The notes beneath the pieces were generated by a model. It was not told the DNA's origin and made no database searches. It saw nothing but the letters and a program-made list of their open reading frames with translations. Of a DNA stretch of 64,000 bases, positions 1 through 11,484 are shown piece after piece. Positions within the stretch are counted from its first letter, which is position 1. Every line of letters starts with the position of its first letter. Made by a program: the position numbers and the translations under genes. Origin of the DNA: an uncultured Acidobacteriota bacterium. Lineage in GTDB: Bacteria; Acidobacteriota; Blastocatellia; RBC074. Where the stretch lies: NCBI GenBank assembly GCA_963796275.1, contig CAWCKY010000004.1, positions 1,280,001-1,344,000 on the forward strand. The letters run 5' to 3'.

Positions 1-354
1 AATACGCTCCGGCTTGGCAATCACTTGAATCTCGACGCGGCCGAAATCATCCGGGCGCCCGCGTTTGATGGCATCCACCTTGACCCGGCTCTCAGTCCAG
101 CTCGTCACGCGCAGGTTGCCGTTCGTGTTGCTGACGCTGATCGTCCCGTTGGGAGCGAAATCATAAGTTTCGTGAAACTCGCGCTCCTGGCCGGTCGTCT
201 GCACGGAGGCCGAAGCTGCATCCCAGCCGGCCGTGAAAAGCCAGCATGAAATCAAAATAACGCAGGGCCGCAAAGACGCGAATAAAGCATATGAGTGGTA
301 TGAGACCCCGTTCTGCGTGATTGAATTTTTGCGTCTTAGCTTCGAATTTTCCAC
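1..354 (-). CDS. DUF4097-type (putative adhesin-like beta-strand repeat) protein, N-terminal part, runs off the window edge
   Basis: Manual translation from GTG at 354 gives ...QEREFHETYDFAPNGTISVSNTNGNLRVTSWTESRVKVDAIKRG..., typical of DUF4097. It lies downstream of an ECF sigma/anti-sigma pair. Not in the ORF track. Confidence 0.7.
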   Translation of the reverse strand, partial: MENSKLRRKNSITQNGVSYHSYALFASLRPCVILISCWLFTAGWDAASASVQTTGQEREFHETYDFAPNGTISVSNTNGNLRVTSWTESRVKVDAIKRGRPDDFGRVEIQVIAKPERI

Positions 355-389
355 TATAACTGTTCCTATGTTTTGATATATCGAAAACC

Positions 390-1214
390 TCACCTCATCG
401 AAAAATCCTGCATCAGTTCGACCTTCCTTGCGTAAGCCGCAAGCAGGAACTGACCGGCGGCCAGATCGTTCGGACGTTCGCGAAGCGCGCGCCGGCTTGC
501 GGCAATCGAACTGTCGATCAAAGCCAGGCTGCTCTCATATTGCTTGATCAGCCCAGGATCGAACCCATTCTTACGTCCGGCGATGGCGCTATCGAGCAAC
601 CTGATCGCATTTCGATATTCGCGTTCTGCGCGTGCGATCTGTTGATTGATGAGCCCCTGATCGGATAGGACTCTCGCACGGGGCGTGGCGCGGGGGACAG
701 CCGCCCGCGACTTTTTCGGCGGAGGCACAATCTCCGGTGGCGTCGCGGTTGCCGGCGGAGATGGACTCGCGGATGTAAGTTCCTTTGTCTCGATCGGCTT
801 CAATTCGTCCCTCCCGCGCCTGAGAACCCAAGTCGTAACCGCTGCCGTAAGCGCGATCAGCAGAAGCGAAAATGCTGCCTGACGCAGAATCGAAGGGCTG
901 AACAGCCACGAAAAAGCGCCGCTGCCTGGCATGCCGGCCAACCATCCGCCGTCAGCTTTGTCTTCGCGCAAGGGAACGGCTTCAGCCCTGATTTGCTCGC
1001 GAATCGTTTCCCACATCGCAGCCGATGGCTCGATGGCGGTCTGTTCATAATAGCGTGCGAAGAGCTCGTTTTCGCGCTCCAGCTCATCGCGCGCCGCCGC
1101 GCAGTCTCCACAACCGGCGAGATGCGCTCTGATCTCAGACGCGCGCGATTCGCTCAATTCGCCATAGAGGAAATCTTCAAGTTCTGATCGACAAAATTCA
1201 CAACTCATAATCAT
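390..1214 (-). CDS. Zinc-finger (zf-HC2/ZAS) anti-sigma factor with TM helix
   Basis: N-terminal C...HLAGCGDC (HxxxCxxC) motif, one TM segment, directly downstream of an ECF sigma gene. Confidence 0.85.
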   Translation of the reverse strand: MIMSCEFCRSELEDFLYGELSESRASEIRAHLAGCGDCAAARDELERENELFARYYEQTAIEPSAAMWETIREQIRAEAVPLREDKADGGWLAGMPGSGAFSWLFSPSILRQAAFSLLLIALTAAVTTWVLRRGRDELKPIETKELTSASPSPPATATPPEIVPPPKKSRAAVPRATPRARVLSDQGLINQQIARAEREYRNAIRLLDSAIAGRKNGFDPGLIKQYESSLALIDSSIAASRRALRERPNDLAAGQFLLAAYARKVELMQDFSMR

Positions 1215-1232
1215 CTCGCTGTCGGGGGAAAC

Positions 1233-1800
1233 TCAATGGTTTGCAAGATAAGGCGCAATTCGTTTTCTCACCTCCGCGCGAGCGCGATGAAGATACCGTC
1301 TTCAATTTTCCGATCGAATGACCGGTGATCGCGCTGATCTCTTCATAACTCTTTTCATGAAATATCTTCAAACTGAAAACTACTCTTTTGTCTTCGTCTA
1401 GCGACAGTAATGCCTGTTGAATAGTCTCGGCCAATTCGCGGTCGAGCATCGCTCCTTCCGGCAATATTCCCTTCGACTCCAACTGTAAACTCTCAGGCTC
1501 ATCCAACCCCACGTTCCTTTCGTCCCTGCGAGCCTGGCGCGCCGATTCGCGGACTACATTGCGCGCAATTCCGAAAAGCCAGGTCGATAATCGCATCTCA
1601 TCTTTCAATCCCGGGAGGTTGCGATAAGCCCGAACAAACGTCTCCTGCGCCAGCTCTTCGGCCAGCTCGCGATTATGAACCAGATTGTAAATAAAGCTGA
1701 GTATAGGGCGGCCATAGCGGTTGAAGATGAGATGGAAGGCATCTTCATCACCGCACTTCGCACGCGCAACCACGCCCGGCGCTATCTCCGCGAACGTCAT
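1233..1800 (-). CDS. ECF RNA polymerase sigma-70 factor, with an apparent 1-nt frameshift near 1295
   Basis: Region 2 ([23 protein letters not shown]) and region 4 ([11 protein letters not shown]). ATG at 1800 follows a G/A-rich RBS-like run. Removing one base near 1295 restores [24 protein letters not shown] ending at 1233. Confidence 0.88.
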
Positions 1801-1815
1801 CCTCCCCCTTAACCC

Positions 1816-1980
1816 CGGATTGAGGATTGAGGATTGCGAATTGCGGATTTCTTTCTCAGCCAGATCTTCAATTGTATCGATAAGTTCAAGTTGCAATTAC
1901 TCATTCCTCGTAACTCTGATAACTCAAATCTATAAATCCACAATCCACAATCCACAATCCACAATCCACAATCCGCGATC
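1816..1980. repeat. Inverted heptamer tandem repeats, (GAGGATT/GCGGATT)n ... (AATCCAC)n
   Basis: Arms at about 1816-1850 and 1926-1980 are reverse complements of each other. Confidence 0.85.
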
Positions 1981-2132
1981 TTCCCATTGAGTGAGTGCAA
2001 ATATCGATCTCGAGGTTTCAAAGACGGTATTAAAAGTATAATTACTTTCTTTCGTTAAATTACTCTCGTTTCGCTCATTTTGCATTCAGATTTTACGCAA
2101 TAAAGAGCCTTATTTATGATATAAATTTCATC

Positions 2133-3098
2133 ATGCAAAAAAGTCGTTTTCTCGTAACTGGCGGCGCCGGTTTTATCGGCAGTCATCTGGTCGATGTGTT
2201 ATTGGCGCAATCCCCGGCGAAGGTCGTAGTTATAGATAATTTCGACGGGTTCTACGAACGGGAGATCAAGCAGGCGAACATCGCCGGCCATCTCGCGCAC
2301 CCCGCATATCGTCTGGTCGAGCAAGACATTCGCGATTATGCCGCGCTACAGCAGTTATTCTCCGAAGAGCCTTTCGATGTGATCTTCCATCTGGCGGCGA
2401 AAGCCGGCGTGCGCCCCTCGGTAAGCGACCCACGAAGCTATCAGGAGGTGAATGCCGGAGGGACAATGAACCTCCTCGACCTGGCTCAGCGCAATGGTAT
2501 TAAGAAATTCATCTATGGTTCGACGAGTTCGATATACGGCCCGAACGCGACGCCTCCTTTCAGAGAGGACGCCCCGCATGCGCCGATCTCGCCTTATGCC
2601 GCGACCAAGGCCGCCGGTGAGCTTATGGCGCACACCTACAGTTATCTTTACGGGATTCGCGCGGTCTGCCTGCGATTCTTTACCGTCTACGGTCCGCGCC
2701 AACGGCCCGATCTGGCGATTCATAAATTCGCGCGACTCATTTCGAGCAATCGCCCGATCCCGGTATTCGGCGATGGCAGGAGCGAGCGCGATTTCACTTA
2801 CATCGATGACATAATACAGGGGATGATGGCAGCGATCGACTATGACGCGACGCCATTCGAAGTGATCAACCTCGGAGAATCGCAGACGGTGACGGTTGAC
2901 CGGATGATCAATCTTCTAGAAGAAGCGCTCGGACAAAAAGCGATAATCGATCGTCAGCCGCCGCAACCTGGGGACATGCCTCGCACGCACGCCGACATCA
3001 GCAAGGCGCGCAAATTACTCAACTATAAACCGACGACGCCGATCGATGTTGGTATTAAGAAATTTGCGGACTGGTTCGGGAGAAACGTTAATCGCTAG
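2133..3098 (+). CDS. NAD-dependent nucleotide-sugar epimerase (UDP-glucuronate 4-epimerase-like, extended SDR)
   Basis: [21 protein letters not shown] and [13 protein letters not shown] motifs. Confidence 0.92.
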   Translation: MQKSRFLVTGGAGFIGSHLVDVLLAQSPAKVVVIDNFDGFYEREIKQANIAGHLAHPAYRLVEQDIRDYAALQQLFSEEPFDVIFHLAAKAGVRPSVSDPRSYQEVNAGGTMNLLDLAQRNGIKKFIYGSTSSIYGPNATPPFREDAPHAPISPYAATKAAGELMAHTYSYLYGIRAVCLRFFTVYGPRQRPDLAIHKFARLISSNRPIPVFGDGRSERDFTYIDDIIQGMMAAIDYDATPFEVINLGESQTVTVDRMINLLEEALGQKAIIDRQPPQPGDMPRTHADISKARKLLNYKPTTPIDVGIKKFADWFGRNVNR

Positions 3099-3381
3099 TT
3101 AGTCGAACTTTACCCATTTATCGGCTCACCTTCGTTATTTGCGCCAAAGAAGTAATAGTCTGCGTTAACCAGCCTTTTCCGTATCCTCAGAATAACGGTG
3201 ATGAGGACCGGTACCCTGCCGGATTCGTAAAGTGGAGAAAAAATTGCAATTTGGAGGATCCCCTGTCTCCCTCCTGTCTCCCTTCCCCCCTACATTCCAG
3301 TTTGGAATGCTGAGAGCATAACTGCTACTATGGCGTGTGAGGACGTGCCCGCGTAATGCACCGCGAAGAGGTTTTCATTCG

Positions 3382-4152
3382 ATGAGCCGGGATAACAAAA
3401 TTACGGTAATCATTTTCGCCATCATCGTATTAGTGGGACCCGAATACATTCTTTACGGTCAGGGAAAGCCGCGTTCCAAGATCAGGCCGAAACCGCCGGC
3501 TACCGCGTCCGCCCCATCCTCGACCGCCGCGCGGGCGAAATTACCGGTAATCGTAAATCTCAAAGATGGCGAATCTGTTAAAGGTCATTTCATTAGCGCT
3601 GACGCGGAAAATCTTCAGGTTGAGGTACGAAGCGGAAAGCTATCGATCAAGATGAGCGAAGTTTTTAGCATGATCTTTGAAACCGATGATGATGCGCCAT
3701 CCAAGTCGGTTGAAGAAGTAGTGAAGAATCTCGATAAGGAAGCCTCGACTCCTCCGGCGGCCCGTAAAGCATACAATTCGCTCCGCAGGCTGGCTGAAGC
3801 CGGTCAACTAAGGGTTCCGTACTCACAATACAGCGCCCAACTCTTCGAAGCCAAGGCTGTGGTGGATGAAGCGCTGGGTGTCCTGCCCGACGGTGATGCA
3901 ATCAAAATCGACCTGACGCGAGCGTTAGAGGTCTTCACCGATGTTGCCAGAGCCTGGGGCGCAGTGAACCGGAATGGGAGGATACCGATCAACACGGAAC
4001 CCGGGTCATCCTTGATGGAAAAATACAACATCAAAGCGGAACTAAATGCAGTAGCGCAGGCGGATCATCTGAAGTTGGAAACGGCGCTCAAAACTATCTT
4101 ATCGGCGGCCGAACCAATGCTCAGGAATATTGCTTTTATAATTGATAATTGA
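3382..4152 (+). CDS. Hypothetical exported protein
   Basis: Long ORF with N-terminal hydrophobic segment, Pro/Ala linker and an Sm/SH3-like beta segment (VIVNLKDGESVKG). Confidence 0.65.
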   Translation: MSRDNKITVIIFAIIVLVGPEYILYGQGKPRSKIRPKPPATASAPSSTAARAKLPVIVNLKDGESVKGHFISADAENLQVEVRSGKLSIKMSEVFSMIFETDDDAPSKSVEEVVKNLDKEASTPPAARKAYNSLRRLAEAGQLRVPYSQYSAQLFEAKAVVDEALGVLPDGDAIKIDLTRALEVFTDVARAWGAVNRNGRIPINTEPGSSLMEKYNIKAELNAVAQADHLKLETALKTILSAAEPMLRNIAFIIDN

Positions 4153-4205
4153 TAGCGGATAATTGAAAATTCGCAAAAATCGCCCCCGCAGTGAATACCT
4201 AACCC

Positions 4206-5702
4206 TCAACTCTTCAATTTACTTATCAGATATCCAACCACGAACGTCGTGAGCGATCCAATCAAGACGTACCATTGCCATGAGACGCCGGTGAACAGTT
4301 TTATCCAGAGCATGAATCCGGCGCCGGCGATCATTCCGGCGATGGCCGCAGTCTGGCGCACTTGTCTGGTGAAGGTACCTAGGAAGAAGACGCCGAGGAT
4401 TACGCCGTTGGTGAAAGATGCGATGCCCAGCACTTCATCCACGACGCGCCGGGAGAGTTTGATCGCGGCGATGCCCACGACGATCTGAACCAGTCCCCAG
4501 ACGGCTGTAATAATCCGCGAAGCGTTCAAATAATGTTTATCGCTCTTCTGATACCCGGTCATCGGCATATAAAAATCGGCCATCGCGGTCGATGCCTGGG
4601 CGTTGAGTGATGAAGTGAAGGCGGCGGCTGCGATTGCTGCGATCACCAGACCTACGATGCCCGTCGGTAATTGATTGACGATGAAATGAGGAAAGACGCG
4701 ATCTCCCTGGACAACGCCATTGTTCGTGAAGGCCGCCATCTGGTCGGGGGCGTGAAAATTATAGAAGACGTAGAGCATGGCGCCGATCAGCAGGAAGAGG
4801 GCGAATTGCACGAAGACCACGGCGCCGCTCGTCAGCAAGGCGATCCGCGCGCTACGAGGAGAATCGCTGCATAAGTAACGTTGGACCATCAACTGATCGG
4901 TGCCATGCGTCGCCGTCGTCAAGAAAGCGCCGCCGATTAGCCCCGACCAGAACGTGTAACTCTTGGTCAAGCTCCATGTGAAATCGAACAGGGTGAATTT
5001 TCCCGCCGCCATACCCGCCTGCGCCACTTCGTTCCAGCCGCCCGGGAGTTGTTGGAGTAAGATCACAGCTGCGACAATCGCACCTATCAGATAGATTCCC
5101 AACTGGCTGACATCGGTCCAGATCACCGCCGACATTCCGCCGAGGTACGAATAGACGATAGTCGCAGCGCCCATCAACAAAACCGAAAAGATGACGATAG
5201 TGACCGAAGGCTCGAGAGTTGGAAACAGCGCGCGCGCCGTTTCATCAGTGCCGGGCAAAGCCAGCAGCACCGCTGCGAGCACCAAACCCGTCAGATAGAG
5301 GCGAAATCCATCGGCGAGACTGCGTGTGACCAAAAAAAGCGAAGATGCCAGCCGGCGCACACCGTCGCCGAAGCGCTGTCCCAGCAGTTGATAGACCGTC
5401 AGCAGCTCACCTCGAAAATATTGCGGCACAAAGAGCAGCGAGACCGCCATTCGCCCTATCAAATAACCCATAACCAACTGGAGGAATGTGAAGTTGCCGG
5501 TGAATGCGAAGCCCGGCACGCTGATGAATGTCACGCTGCTCGTCTCGGTCGAGACGATAGAAGCCATAATCGCCCACCATGGCACGCGCCGGCTGCCGAC
5601 GAAATATGTCTTGACGTCCTTCTGCGCGCGCGAGAAGTAGAGGCCGAAGAGCATTGTTCCGGTGAGATAGACGAAGAGAATGATCAGGTCGAGTGGACGC
5701 AC
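4206..5702 (-). CDS. Sodium:solute symporter (SSS family)
   Basis: About 13 TM helices, [24 protein letters not shown] and DQLMVQRYL motifs. Confidence 0.93.
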   Translation of the reverse strand: MRPLDLIILFVYLTGTMLFGLYFSRAQKDVKTYFVGSRRVPWWAIMASIVSTETSSVTFISVPGFAFTGNFTFLQLVMGYLIGRMAVSLLFVPQYFRGELLTVYQLLGQRFGDGVRRLASSLFLVTRSLADGFRLYLTGLVLAAVLLALPGTDETARALFPTLEPSVTIVIFSVLLMGAATIVYSYLGGMSAVIWTDVSQLGIYLIGAIVAAVILLQQLPGGWNEVAQAGMAAGKFTLFDFTWSLTKSYTFWSGLIGGAFLTTATHGTDQLMVQRYLCSDSPRSARIALLTSGAVVFVQFALFLLIGAMLYVFYNFHAPDQMAAFTNNGVVQGDRVFPHFIVNQLPTGIVGLVIAAIAAAAFTSSLNAQASTAMADFYMPMTGYQKSDKHYLNASRIITAVWGLVQIVVGIAAIKLSRRVVDEVLGIASFTNGVILGVFFLGTFTRQVRQTAAIAGMIAGAGFMLWIKLFTGVSWQWYVLIGSLTTFVVGYLISKLKS

Positions 5703-5707
5703 GTCAA

Positions 5708-6064
5708 TTTTCAGTTTTTAGTTTTTAGTTTTTAGTTTTTAGTTTTTAACTTAATTTTTCATCTCTTCGCCGCGTTAGCGGCGGTTGATTGTAGCCGTGG
5801 GTTTTAACCCACGGAAGGCTTGAAAGATATTTCCGCGTCGCGTTAGCGACGCATGAATTCAACCGTCGCTGACGCGACGTGAATAAAATCTACCGCCACC
5901 GTGGGTTAAAACCCACGGCTACAATCAACCGCCGCTAACGCGGCGAAGAGTTTTTAGTTTTTAGTTTTAGTTTTAGTTTCTGTTTCAGTTTCAGTTTGCG
6001 GTTTACTCATCCAGCGCCTATCAGAAATCAAGCATTTAAAAAAGCAAACTGAAAACTGAAAACT
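5708..6064. repeat. Inverted heptamer repeats (TTTTTAG/TTTTCAG)n ... (AAAACTG)n, with the left arm interrupted by a palindromic element
   Basis: Runs at 5708-5748 and 5951-5996, and complementary run at 6047-6064. Confidence 0.8.
5763..5950. mobile_element. Palindromic REP/REPIN-like miniature element (188 bp)
   Basis: Perfect 52-bp inverted arms (5763-5814 and 5899-5950), each containing GTAG followed by CCGTGGGTTTTAACCCACGG. An inner inverted pair GTCGCGTTAGCGACG / CGTCGCTGACGCGAC is also present. Confidence 0.85.
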
Positions 6065-8337
6065 CATTTCACTTCACTCTCCGCCAATATCCGGCGATAC
6101 ACTTGTCGCGCGTGCTCATACGCCGCTTCGGCCTCCGTGCGTTCCTTCGCGGATATCCTGGGAGATTTCTGGCCCCAACATTGATCGACCGCCTTCAAAC
6201 ACCACTCGGCGCTGCGACGGTCAGCGCGGATCGGTTTACCGTCGATGATGACGAATATCGGGTTGGTGTGCGATGAAGGCAGGATACGTAACGCGACCCA
6301 ACTGCTGCGCTCTATCGGTAAGTCAAAAGCGATATCTCGCAGGGTGCCGTCCGCGACGATGTTCTTACGAGCCGCCGGATATCCGTTGATTACGACTTCG
6401 ACCGGCACTTCGCGCGATTGGCCGATGCGCGCCCGTTCGAGGTGCCAGTAAGGTTGCGCGTCATAGCGGCGCTGCCGAATCACATCGTTCGGTCCTTCAT
6501 CAAGCCGCGCCGCAACCTTTGCCGCGACGCGGACGGTCGCAGGATTCCGTAATTTCACTTCACTTCCCTGCGCGCCCGCATGCAGACCATTTATGTTGAA
6601 ATCTACCAGATGGCTCTTACCATCCGAAACGTACGATCGCCCGATGCGCACGCCTTCTACCCAGGCATCGTAATTGAGCTTCCCGTCGAGCTTGACGTAA
6701 CTCCTTCCCAACCCGACACGCTCGCCGTAGATACAGGGGAAGTCGGTCTCGCCGCTGATGCGCGTCCGTAAATCCGCAGTTGAGGGTGTGATACCAGATA
6801 TTGAGCTCCCAGATCGAAGGCGTATCGACGGTTGAAATGAAGTCCACAGCATCGTGTGTTACATCCGACGATGTATTCATTTGCGCCGATGCCGTCGAAC
6901 TTCGGCAACTCGTAATGCGGAAGCTGATCGGTCTTCACCTCCAGCCCCCATCCCGAATGGGCGAAACCGACGACGGCGCCTTGCGCCTTGGCCCATTTGA
7001 GGATGGGCAGATCCCAGGTCGGCCAGTCTTCGAGGACTTTCGTGCCCGGATAATCCTGTTCCTTCAGCCGCAGCAGAACCAGATGCCCGCTGTGGCTCGA
7101 TGGGAAACCCGGAAACTTCGACGTCGTAGCGCATGAGGTTTTCGGCGGTCGAGAGCTTGTTGACCTTCGCCTTCAAAAAACTGCTTTTGATAGTAGTAGC
7201 AGGGTCCCCAGGTCAGCACGGAGCCGACGTTGAGGTCTTCGCCGAGGATGTGGCGGATCATGTCTTCCGGCAAGCACGCCCTCGATCGGAGCCTCGTAGT
7301 GCGCGCAGCCGGCGGCGTGAATGTGGTGATCGCCCGAATACCAGCCGAGCTTCGCCAGTTCGATCCATCGTTCCAGGCGAAATGTGAACGTCTGCGGCTC
7401 GCCTGCGGCAACTTTGATGTTCTGAGTTTTGACCAGATATTCCGGGCCGCGGGTGAATTCGACTCGATAATCGCCCGCAGGAAGTTTTATCTTTTCGCCG
7501 TTCGTGCGGTAGACCTGCGGATGAAAGTGGAAATCGGGCGCAAGCCGCTTGGGCTGTGAGGGATAGACGCGCCCCTGCGCGTCACGAATAGTGAGGGATG
7601 CCGTCGTCGGCCTGTCCGCCTTCATCGAGGACTCGCAGAGTGACGTCCATTGACGGCAGGCAATTGAAGAGGATATCCGTATCGTTGCGAAAACCGATAT
7701 CCTGCGTCCCCTGGCCGACATTGAATCCGAGCTTGGCTTCGCGCTTGCCGGCATCGCGGCTGTAAAGCTGGATGATACGGTATTCGAGCCCGAGGCCGGA
7801 GAGGTGCGGTTTTAACGGAGGCTTGTCGAACATCGAGAGATCGAGCCAGCGGTTCGCCACCTCGCGTTCGGAGAGCGTTTTTTCGGGATGTGGGTTTCGA
7901 CTGGGTGCGCCGAAGACAGGCAGAGCATTCGGGCTCTCGGCCCGGAGCTGCGCCGTAACGCCCGCTTCATTGCGCACCTTGACGAGAAACGTCCGCCATC
8001 CTTTCTCGACGAGGTCCGTTTTGGCCTGACTTTGCGTGACTTTGACGCGGCTCTCCGGGTTGATGTGAACCTCGACCAGACAATATTTGTCGAGCACATC
8101 CTGAATCGCCCTGGCCGCGCGCGCCTGATCGGATTCGCCGATTGCTTTATCGAGCAATTGTTTGTCGGATGCGCTTAATGGTGAGCCCAAATAATCCATT
8201 GCTTCTACCAGGCGACTCACCTGCGCTATGAGCGGTTGCAACTCAACCTGCTCGCCTTTCGAGGCGTGTGAAATGACAACTAATGGTGAGAAGAGAGATA
8301 TCACAAGGCACAGTCGAAATAATGTTGCCTCTTTCAT
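6064..8337 (-). CDS. CehA/McbA-family (PHP-like) metallohydrolase, split by multiple indels (sequencing error or pseudogene)
   Basis: Collinear fragments in alternating frames: signal peptide MKEATL..., WYSGDHHIHAAGCAHY, DLNVGSVLTWGPCYYYQKQ, PKFDGIGANEY, SGETDFPCIYGERVGLGRSYV, SSHTNPIFV. Confidence 0.8.
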
Positions 8338-8373
8338 GCCGGCCCCCTTTGTGAAATTCGGAAAGTTTCTCTG

Positions 8374-8472
8374 AAGCATGCAAATAAAAGATCATTGAAT
8401 CAATGTTATCGTTTCTGAGCGCCAGAGGCGCGGAATCAGAACTGATAATAACCAACTTTAATTTGCACACTC
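8374..8472. mobile_element. Internally deleted MITE of the TGTGCAAAT-ended family
   Basis: Ends ATGCAAATAAAAGATCATTG and TTTAATTTGCACAC, plus CTGAGCGCCAGAGGCGC, match the 14715-14962 element in inverted orientation. Confidence 0.65.
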
Positions 8473-8771
8473 CTCAGTTATCTGACACAAGAACGTAAAT
8501 GAAATGAAAGATTGGAGAGAAAAGTCAGAACCTCATTGTCTTCCATCCCTATCTCTATGCTCCTTGCATCAAATCCAGTTTGGTGTACGCTGTTTGCTAT
8601 TAAGAGTAACTCAAGCAAAGCACCTGTAAAAGAGTTCGGTCCCCAACGCTGAGGTGTATCGCTTGGCTACAGTTGTATTGAAACTCGTATCCGCACAGCG
8701 ATAACCTTCCAGTCACCGAACAAACCGATCACCTCCAAATCAGATCAACTGCAAATTATGGAGGTAATTCC

Positions 8772-10169
8772 ATGTTCTGTCGAAGAATTAAGCTCACTAT
8801 ACTAATTTGCCTGGCCGCGATCTTCATCTTTTCGGTCTCTGCTCAGGAACAACAGAAGAGAGAATCCAGCTATCTTCCGGTAGACATCAATGAGCCGTTT
8901 GCGACGATACTGTCGAGGATGAAGGCGGCTAAAGCCGGTGTTATGAGCCGGCAGATGGCGCTGCTCAACGAGCGTTATGATCTCTCCAAGCGCGTCTCGA
9001 ACGATGTGAAGATGTCGCGGGGCAAACCGATTCCCGTCGGACCGACAGCCAGACTCGCGGGTGGTCTAACCTGGGAAGCGCTGGGGTCGATGTCACCGGA
9101 AGAGATAAGGGAGAAGGGAGTCTTCCCGAAGGGTTACCTGCCGCTGCCCCATCCGAATCAACCGGAAGGCGGCATGCTCTTTCCCAAGATGATGATCGAT
9201 GAACTGGTCAAAATGGGGGACGGCAACCGTCTGGAACGCTTCGATCTCGATTTCGATATACCGGAACATTTTCTGCCCGAGTTTCCCCCAGCGATCTTCC
9301 TGACCACGCGCCCCGACCTGGGAGATGTTTCGCAGGGCAAGCTTGTCACTTTGGACAATTTCTTCGAACTGTTTAACGGCATTCTCAATCCCAAACAAAT
9401 CGAAGGGTTCCGTCTCCTTATAACACAGTTTACCCAGCAGCAGTTCAACAACACCGCGGATCGTCGTACGGAGAGGCCGAGCCGCGGAGTGACCTGTTTC
9501 GACTGCCACGTCAACGGTCACACCAATGGAGCGACGCACCTGGTCGGCGACATCCGCCCGCAGGCACATCGTCGCCGGATCGATACTCCCAGCCTGCGCG
9601 GGGTCAACATTCAGCGTCTGTTCGGTTCACAGCGCGCCCTGCGCTCGGTCGAAGATTTCACTGAGTTCGAGCAGCGGGCCGCATACTTCGATGGCGATCC
9701 GGTCATCGCCACCAAGAAAGGTGTCAACCCGCTGGAGCGCGGAAGTCAGGTGCAAGACATGTCAGAAGTGCAGGAACTGTTCGACTTTCCGCCCACGCCG
9801 AAGTTAAACATCTACGGCCGGTTGGATCCGGCAAAGGCCAGTCAGGCGGAGATGCGCGGCGAGGCGCTCTTTTTCGGTAAGGCCAATTGCGCGATCTGCC
9901 ATACACCGCCGTACTACACCGACAATCTTATGCACAATCTGAAGGTAGAGCGTTTTTACAAGCCGCAGATGATCAACGGAATGATGGCGACGGCGCAAGG
10001 CCCCATCAAGACCTTTACGCTCCGAGGCATTAAGGAATCGCCGCCGTATCTGCACGATGGGCGATTACTTACACTGGAGGACGTCGTCGAGTTCTTCAAC
10101 ATCGTCCAGGAATTGAAACTGAGCAAGGAGGAGAAGGCCGATATCGTCGCCTTCTTGCGCGCGCTATAA
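8772..10169 (+). CDS. Exported di-heme cytochrome c (cytochrome c peroxidase/MauG superfamily)
   Basis: Signal peptide, CFDCH and CAICH heme motifs, DTPSLRG, TFTLRGIKESPPYLHDGR; GGAGG RBS. Confidence 0.88.
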   Translation: MFCRRIKLTILICLAAIFIFSVSAQEQQKRESSYLPVDINEPFATILSRMKAAKAGVMSRQMALLNERYDLSKRVSNDVKMSRGKPIPVGPTARLAGGLTWEALGSMSPEEIREKGVFPKGYLPLPHPNQPEGGMLFPKMMIDELVKMGDGNRLERFDLDFDIPEHFLPEFPPAIFLTTRPDLGDVSQGKLVTLDNFFELFNGILNPKQIEGFRLLITQFTQQQFNNTADRRTERPSRGVTCFDCHVNGHTNGATHLVGDIRPQAHRRRIDTPSLRGVNIQRLFGSQRALRSVEDFTEFEQRAAYFDGDPVIATKKGVNPLERGSQVQDMSEVQELFDFPPTPKLNIYGRLDPAKASQAEMRGEALFFGKANCAICHTPPYYTDNLMHNLKVERFYKPQMINGMMATAQGPIKTFTLRGIKESPPYLHDGRLLTLEDVVEFFNIVQELKLSKEEKADIVAFLRAL

Positions 10170-10277
10170 ACGAAAGGGTCACCGGAAAAATCACAAAGTG
10201 GACATAAAAAACAGGACTGAGATAGATTCGATCATTCCCCTTTTCTTCCTCTTTGTGATTTTTGTATCTCTACGCGG

Positions 10278-11402
10278 CTAATTTCCGATTTTGAACTCCC
10301 CGGACTCCGGCCGCTTATGTTCGCGCACCCAATTAAGCAATTCATCGAACGCCCCTATTGTTTGGGGCAGCGTAAAATCGCAGTGTTTGCGTGCTACCAC
10401 ATACTTGGCGACGAACAGATCCTGCGTCCCCGCGATTCTCGCGATTGATCCATAGGCGCTGACGTATCTTCCGGGAATCAGCGGATCGTAGGTCGTGTGG
10501 AGGGTAAGCACCGGATCGGAGACTCGGCCAGTCGGCGTGTAGTACTGGCGCAGATAATCCCTGGCTTTCGCATCGGCGGTGTATCTTTTGACTCCCCGGT
10601 TGACCTCAGCGTTGTCATCGAAACCGTCGTAGATCGTATCGCGGTTATCAAACGGGTTTCCTCCGCTGCGCGCCTGCAGTTCGCGGTTGATTTCGTAGAA
10701 GAAAGCCAGGACGTTCGGAAGTTCATTGACTGTGGCTATGCTGTATCGCCTGGCGAACATCGCGGCCTTCTCGGGGGCAGCATCCAGCGCAGCCTGAACC
10801 TTTTTGCGATCGAGCCTCGCGATGCCGGTTATCTTCACCAGGGGCCCGATGGTTCCGGGAAAGTGATAATCGAAAGTCACAAGCATATCGAAGATGCGCT
10901 CCTGGAACCCATTCAGGATGACATCGAGCGGTCCGCAGAGAGGCATTGCGCCATTATAACTTTCGGGATATTTCTCGATGGTTGCCAATGTTATGACGGC
11001 TCCCATCGAATGTCCCATAATGAAGGTTTCGCGCGGCTGCCCATATTTTGCGATGAAATGGCGGCGAAGCGCCTCCGTATCCTCGATGGCCTCTTTGACA
11101 GCCCAGCCCTGCGCGCGGTACCCCGAGAGCGCGAAGGCAAAGCCACGCGTAACGAATGCGCTGCGCAGCAGATTGAGCCTCACGTCCTTGAGATTCGGTT
11201 TGGTTCCGGCCAATTGATATCCGTGGCAATAAAGCACCAGCACTTTGTTCCAATTGCTCGGAACTTCGATCTGAAATGGCGCGCCGTTAAGCGAATCTGT
11301 TTCGACTGTCTTCTCCGGCTTCGCAGCTCCATTATCTTGGGCAATGACAAATGGACTGATGATACCGACGAGAAATAATGTGGCAATCATCGACTTTCTC
11401 AT
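10278..11402 (-). CDS. Exported alpha/beta-fold hydrolase
   Basis: Signal peptide from MRKSMI, YCHGY, nucleophile elbow GHSMG, C-terminal D and H candidates. Confidence 0.85.
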   Translation of the reverse strand: MRKSMIATLFLVGIISPFVIAQDNGAAKPEKTVETDSLNGAPFQIEVPSNWNKVLVLYCHGYQLAGTKPNLKDVRLNLLRSAFVTRGFAFALSGYRAQGWAVKEAIEDTEALRRHFIAKYGQPRETFIMGHSMGAVITLATIEKYPESYNGAMPLCGPLDVILNGFQERIFDMLVTFDYHFPGTIGPLVKITGIARLDRKKVQAALDAAPEKAAMFARRYSIATVNELPNVLAFFYEINRELQARSGGNPFDNRDTIYDGFDDNAEVNRGVKRYTADAKARDYLRQYYTPTGRVSDPVLTLHTTYDPLIPGRYVSAYGSIARIAGTQDLFVAKYVVARKHCDFTLPQTIGAFDELLNWVREHKRPESGEFKIGN

Positions 11403-11484
11403 AGAGTGATTATTCCCTCTCCTTCCTTTTCTGCCTTTTGATGATCTTCTGTGATTTTTGGTGGCCTCTTTTCCTTTGTCACAC

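Noticed and set aside
8580-8760. Riboswitch in the cytochrome c leader
   Set aside because: Only a weak hairpin; no recognisable aptamer consensus by eye
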